Shown here one piece after another: positions 61,165-64,000 of a DNA stretch of 64,000 nt. Numbering within the stretch: position 1 is the stretch's first letter; every line of letters starts with the position of its first letter. Position numbers and translations under genes: made by a program. The stretch is from Hydrolagus affinis (Eukaryota), in assembly GCA_012026655.1 (NCBI GenBank), contig JAAILG010001123.1:1-64000 (forward strand). The letters run 5' to 3'. Below the pieces are notes generated by a model. It worked only from the letters and a program-made list of their open reading frames with translations. It did not search any database and was not told the origin of the DNA.

Positions 61165-64000
61165 ATGGTGACAGAGGACGATGAGCAGTGTTATGAGAAA
61201 CGTAAGCCCAAAATAATATCATTCAATTCATGGCTGTTTGTTAGTTACTGTGCCCAAATTGGCTGTCACAAAATACAGTCACTGCACTTTACAATGTAGT
61301 TTGAGACTTTGAGATGTCTTCGCGATGTGACGGTCATTATATTAATTATCATAATTATTTGTATCAATAAGAGTAGTGAATGAAAAATATAGAGCAGTTT
61401 TATAGTCTGAAAGAAATGTAGCCTTATTGGGAAAGTGTTTCCGCTAATATTTAAAGTTATTTTCTAGGTTCAAAGATTAAACTCCATGTCGTTCTAATCT
61501 TCATGCATTTATCTGATTACCTATTCAATACTGCAGTTGACTTGGCTTGAACTTTGTAAAAATACATTCCACATCCTGAAATCTTTGTGCAAAAGGATTT
61601 CTCCCACGCTTCCTCTTCATGCCTTTCAAATTCTCAAGTTTTGCTGATTATTAATTAGTAGGTAATCTTTCGTTGATCAGCCTTGTTTGTTCAACATCTG
61701 CAACGTGACACACATGATAACATACAAGCATGATCAATGAAGAAAGTGAGACTATTGTATGTTATGTTTCAGGACAAACCAGGTTCATAATAAAGGAAGC
61801 TGAAGAGAAGCAATGTACCATTGTACATGTGCCCATCAAGAAGAGCTTTAAAGGTCTGGGATTAGTGGTCATTCAGAATGGATGTTTTCTGCAAATTGTG
61901 TCTATTATTGAGGATGGACCTGCGGACATATCAGGAATGTTGATGCCAGGTATTTTGTTAACCCCCCCCACCACCCACCCTCGCAAAAAACATTAACATG
62001 GGCATTTCAATAATCTGTTGTAGAGTAGTATTTTCTCCCACTCCACTCACAAATGTGCAGCTAGACATGATCAGAGCAACTCCAGCATATATGAATGACC
62101 TGTGTTCACAGACTCAGTAATGTAGGGGAAAGACTACAGAATCAGAGGAGGATGAGGATCTATTGGGAGTGAGCAAAGGTAATACAGAAAAATTAAGTGA
62201 AAATAGAAGCCGATGGCATAGAATTTGTCAAGTGCGCATTTAAAAATTGACTGATCCACTATTTTGACACCCTGGCTCAGGTGGTTACTCCGCCTCAGTT
62301 ACTGCGGTTTCAAGCCACAACCCGCGACGCCTGTGGAGCAAACAAAAGGGAGTAAAGTCGGCTGTGTTCAAACTAGATTAGAGATTCCATTTGCAGCTAA
62401 CTGTGAGCGAGACTAGTCTATTTAGAGAACTTTACCGCAACCAAATCAGTCCATCAAGTGACAAAATACTGAGGGCCACTTATGAATTGACTGCGGTCGA
62501 GGTACAAAGGATGAATGCTTCTATTGACCTGAATGGTCCTTTGAAGTTCAAGTCCCGATATGGCGCTCAAATTCACGAAAGTTTGACCCAGGTGCAATAA
62601 AGATCTCCTTCAGGAGAGCCGCTCTGACTCTTGTAATGAAGCTCCAACAGAACGTTACAGCACACAAATAAATACATTACAGCTTTTCACTTTGTTGTAC
62701 ACACAATTCTGGACTGAGCTCGTCAATTATTCTTCTGCAGGGGATATTCTAGTTAAAATCGGAAAGACCAATATCCTGGGCTACAAGCTGCGGGACCTGT
62801 GTGATTTAATAGAGAAAATTCCAGAGAACACTAAAATTGAGGTCACTGTGTACAGAAACTACCTCGAACTCCCTGATGACTGGGAAAATGAAGCTGCAAC
62901 CTTAAAATCAATTGTAAGGTAAGGTGTAGAGCTGCCAGGGGTGGACAGCAAGCAAATTTAAGTTTGGCAATAGCAAAAGTTCCACATTAAAAACGGTGGT
63001 GTGTACTTACTTACGTGTCCAGGTATTGTTGTGATGATTGTAAGATGTTAAAACTTTTTTGATGTCACAGTGATAATAATAATAATCCTTGTATTTTGAT
63101 ATAGCGCTTTTCATGTCTTCTAGACGTCTCAAAGCGCTTCACAGAAAAAAGTGAAAAGTGAATTGACTGCATATTTTGTGGGCGAAACGCGGCAGCCAAT
63201 TGCGCACAGCAGCGTCCCACAAACAGTCGTGGATTGAGATGGCCGATTTATTATTTTTATTTCGAGGGATTATTATGGGCTTGTGGAGTAAGGAAACTTG
63301 CTCCAAGTATCGCACTGCCTGGTTTCGAACTCGCTTGAAAGCTCTGACCACTGAACTAGACAACTCAGCAGTGCCTGAAGGTTGCAGGCTGGGAGCACAT
63401 GGCATCAGTAACATCTCAAACCATATGTTCAGAGTTTATGATCAATTAATTTCACCACAGTCTCAAATAGAATAGCCTGGAGATCAGTGATGTGTGCAAT
63501 CTTGTAGTACCATCAAGTCTCTATCCACGCTATTTCATATTGCCTATTTAGTCTTTAGTCTTGATGTACTACTATACACTTGAAATGGGCAACCATTCAT
63601 ACTCACAACAGGAGATTTGAATAACCAAACCCATTTCTCCCATTCCAGCAGTCCTGAATCTGACACGGGGTCAAGCAGTGAGGATGACAATAACATGACT
63701 GTGAAATTCAACCACTTTAAACCCATCTCGACAACATGGCACACCCCCAGTGTTAATCTACCACCAGTCTCCAGAGCATATCACCATTCAAAGACACACC
63801 AAAGAGTTCTGGTTGTTGGACCACAGGCTGATTGCGACATCATCATCCATCAATCCGTTGAAGGCAAACCCAACTCTGAATTTCTAAAGCACAGCCCTAA
63901 GAAGCTTTATTGGTCTCAACAAGCTGACATAGTCTCACCTTCCTCCTCCTCCTCGTCCTCATCTATGGACACTTTCTGGGACAAACCGCCTTCGGACGAG
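61165..64000 (+). CDS. PDZD9: PDZ domain-containing protein 9 (3' end beyond window)
   Basis: Exons 61165-61201 (tentative first exon), 61773-61949 ([24 protein letters not shown]), 62741-62918 ([19 protein letters not shown]...[12 protein letters not shown]), 63649->64000 (open to window end; [21 protein letters not shown]). Single PDZ domain and C-terminal motifs resemble human PDZD9 as recalled. Confidence 0.85.
63073..63360 (-). mobile_element. Near full-length tRNA-derived SINE
   Basis: Same family, diverged head. Confidence 0.85.

Noticed and set aside
63552-63648. Longer 5' boundary for the last PDZD9 exon
   Set aside because: There is an in-frame TGA at 63581 and the intervening AGs have the wrong phase; the acceptor at 63648 has the pyrimidine tract and the correct phase.

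Overview
Vertebrate genomic DNA, most likely from a cartilaginous fish (chimaera-like; inferred from an abundant tRNA-headed Deu-type SINE plus L2/CR1 debris). Five spliced genes were reconstructed by hand from splice signals and exon-phase continuity: (1) the 3' 19 coding exons of CORO7 (+, 2711-20612); (2) complete ANKS3 (-, 14 coding exons, ~638 aa); (3) a very long DNAAF8/C16orf71 (+, 31 coding exons, ~1844 aa), head-to-head with ANKS3; (4) a C8orf33/UPF0488 homolog (-, 6 exons, ~379 aa) with an internally duplicated 91-nt exon; (5) PDZD9 (+, running off the window end). The most striking feature is the DNAAF8 C-terminal ~1180 aa, absent from the human protein: an unrecognised folded segment followed by about five tandem degenerate NDP-kinase-like repeats that appear to lack the catalytic NxxHGSD motif. 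A possible intronic poly(A) site could also yield a short, mammal-like isoform. Other notable points are two GC-AG introns, RFX X-box and ZNF143 promoter motifs, inverted repeats flanking exons, and SINE/L2 chimeras. Nearly all entries in the supplied ORF track are exon fragments or spurious. Gene names rest on recalled similarity to human proteins; no database search was run.
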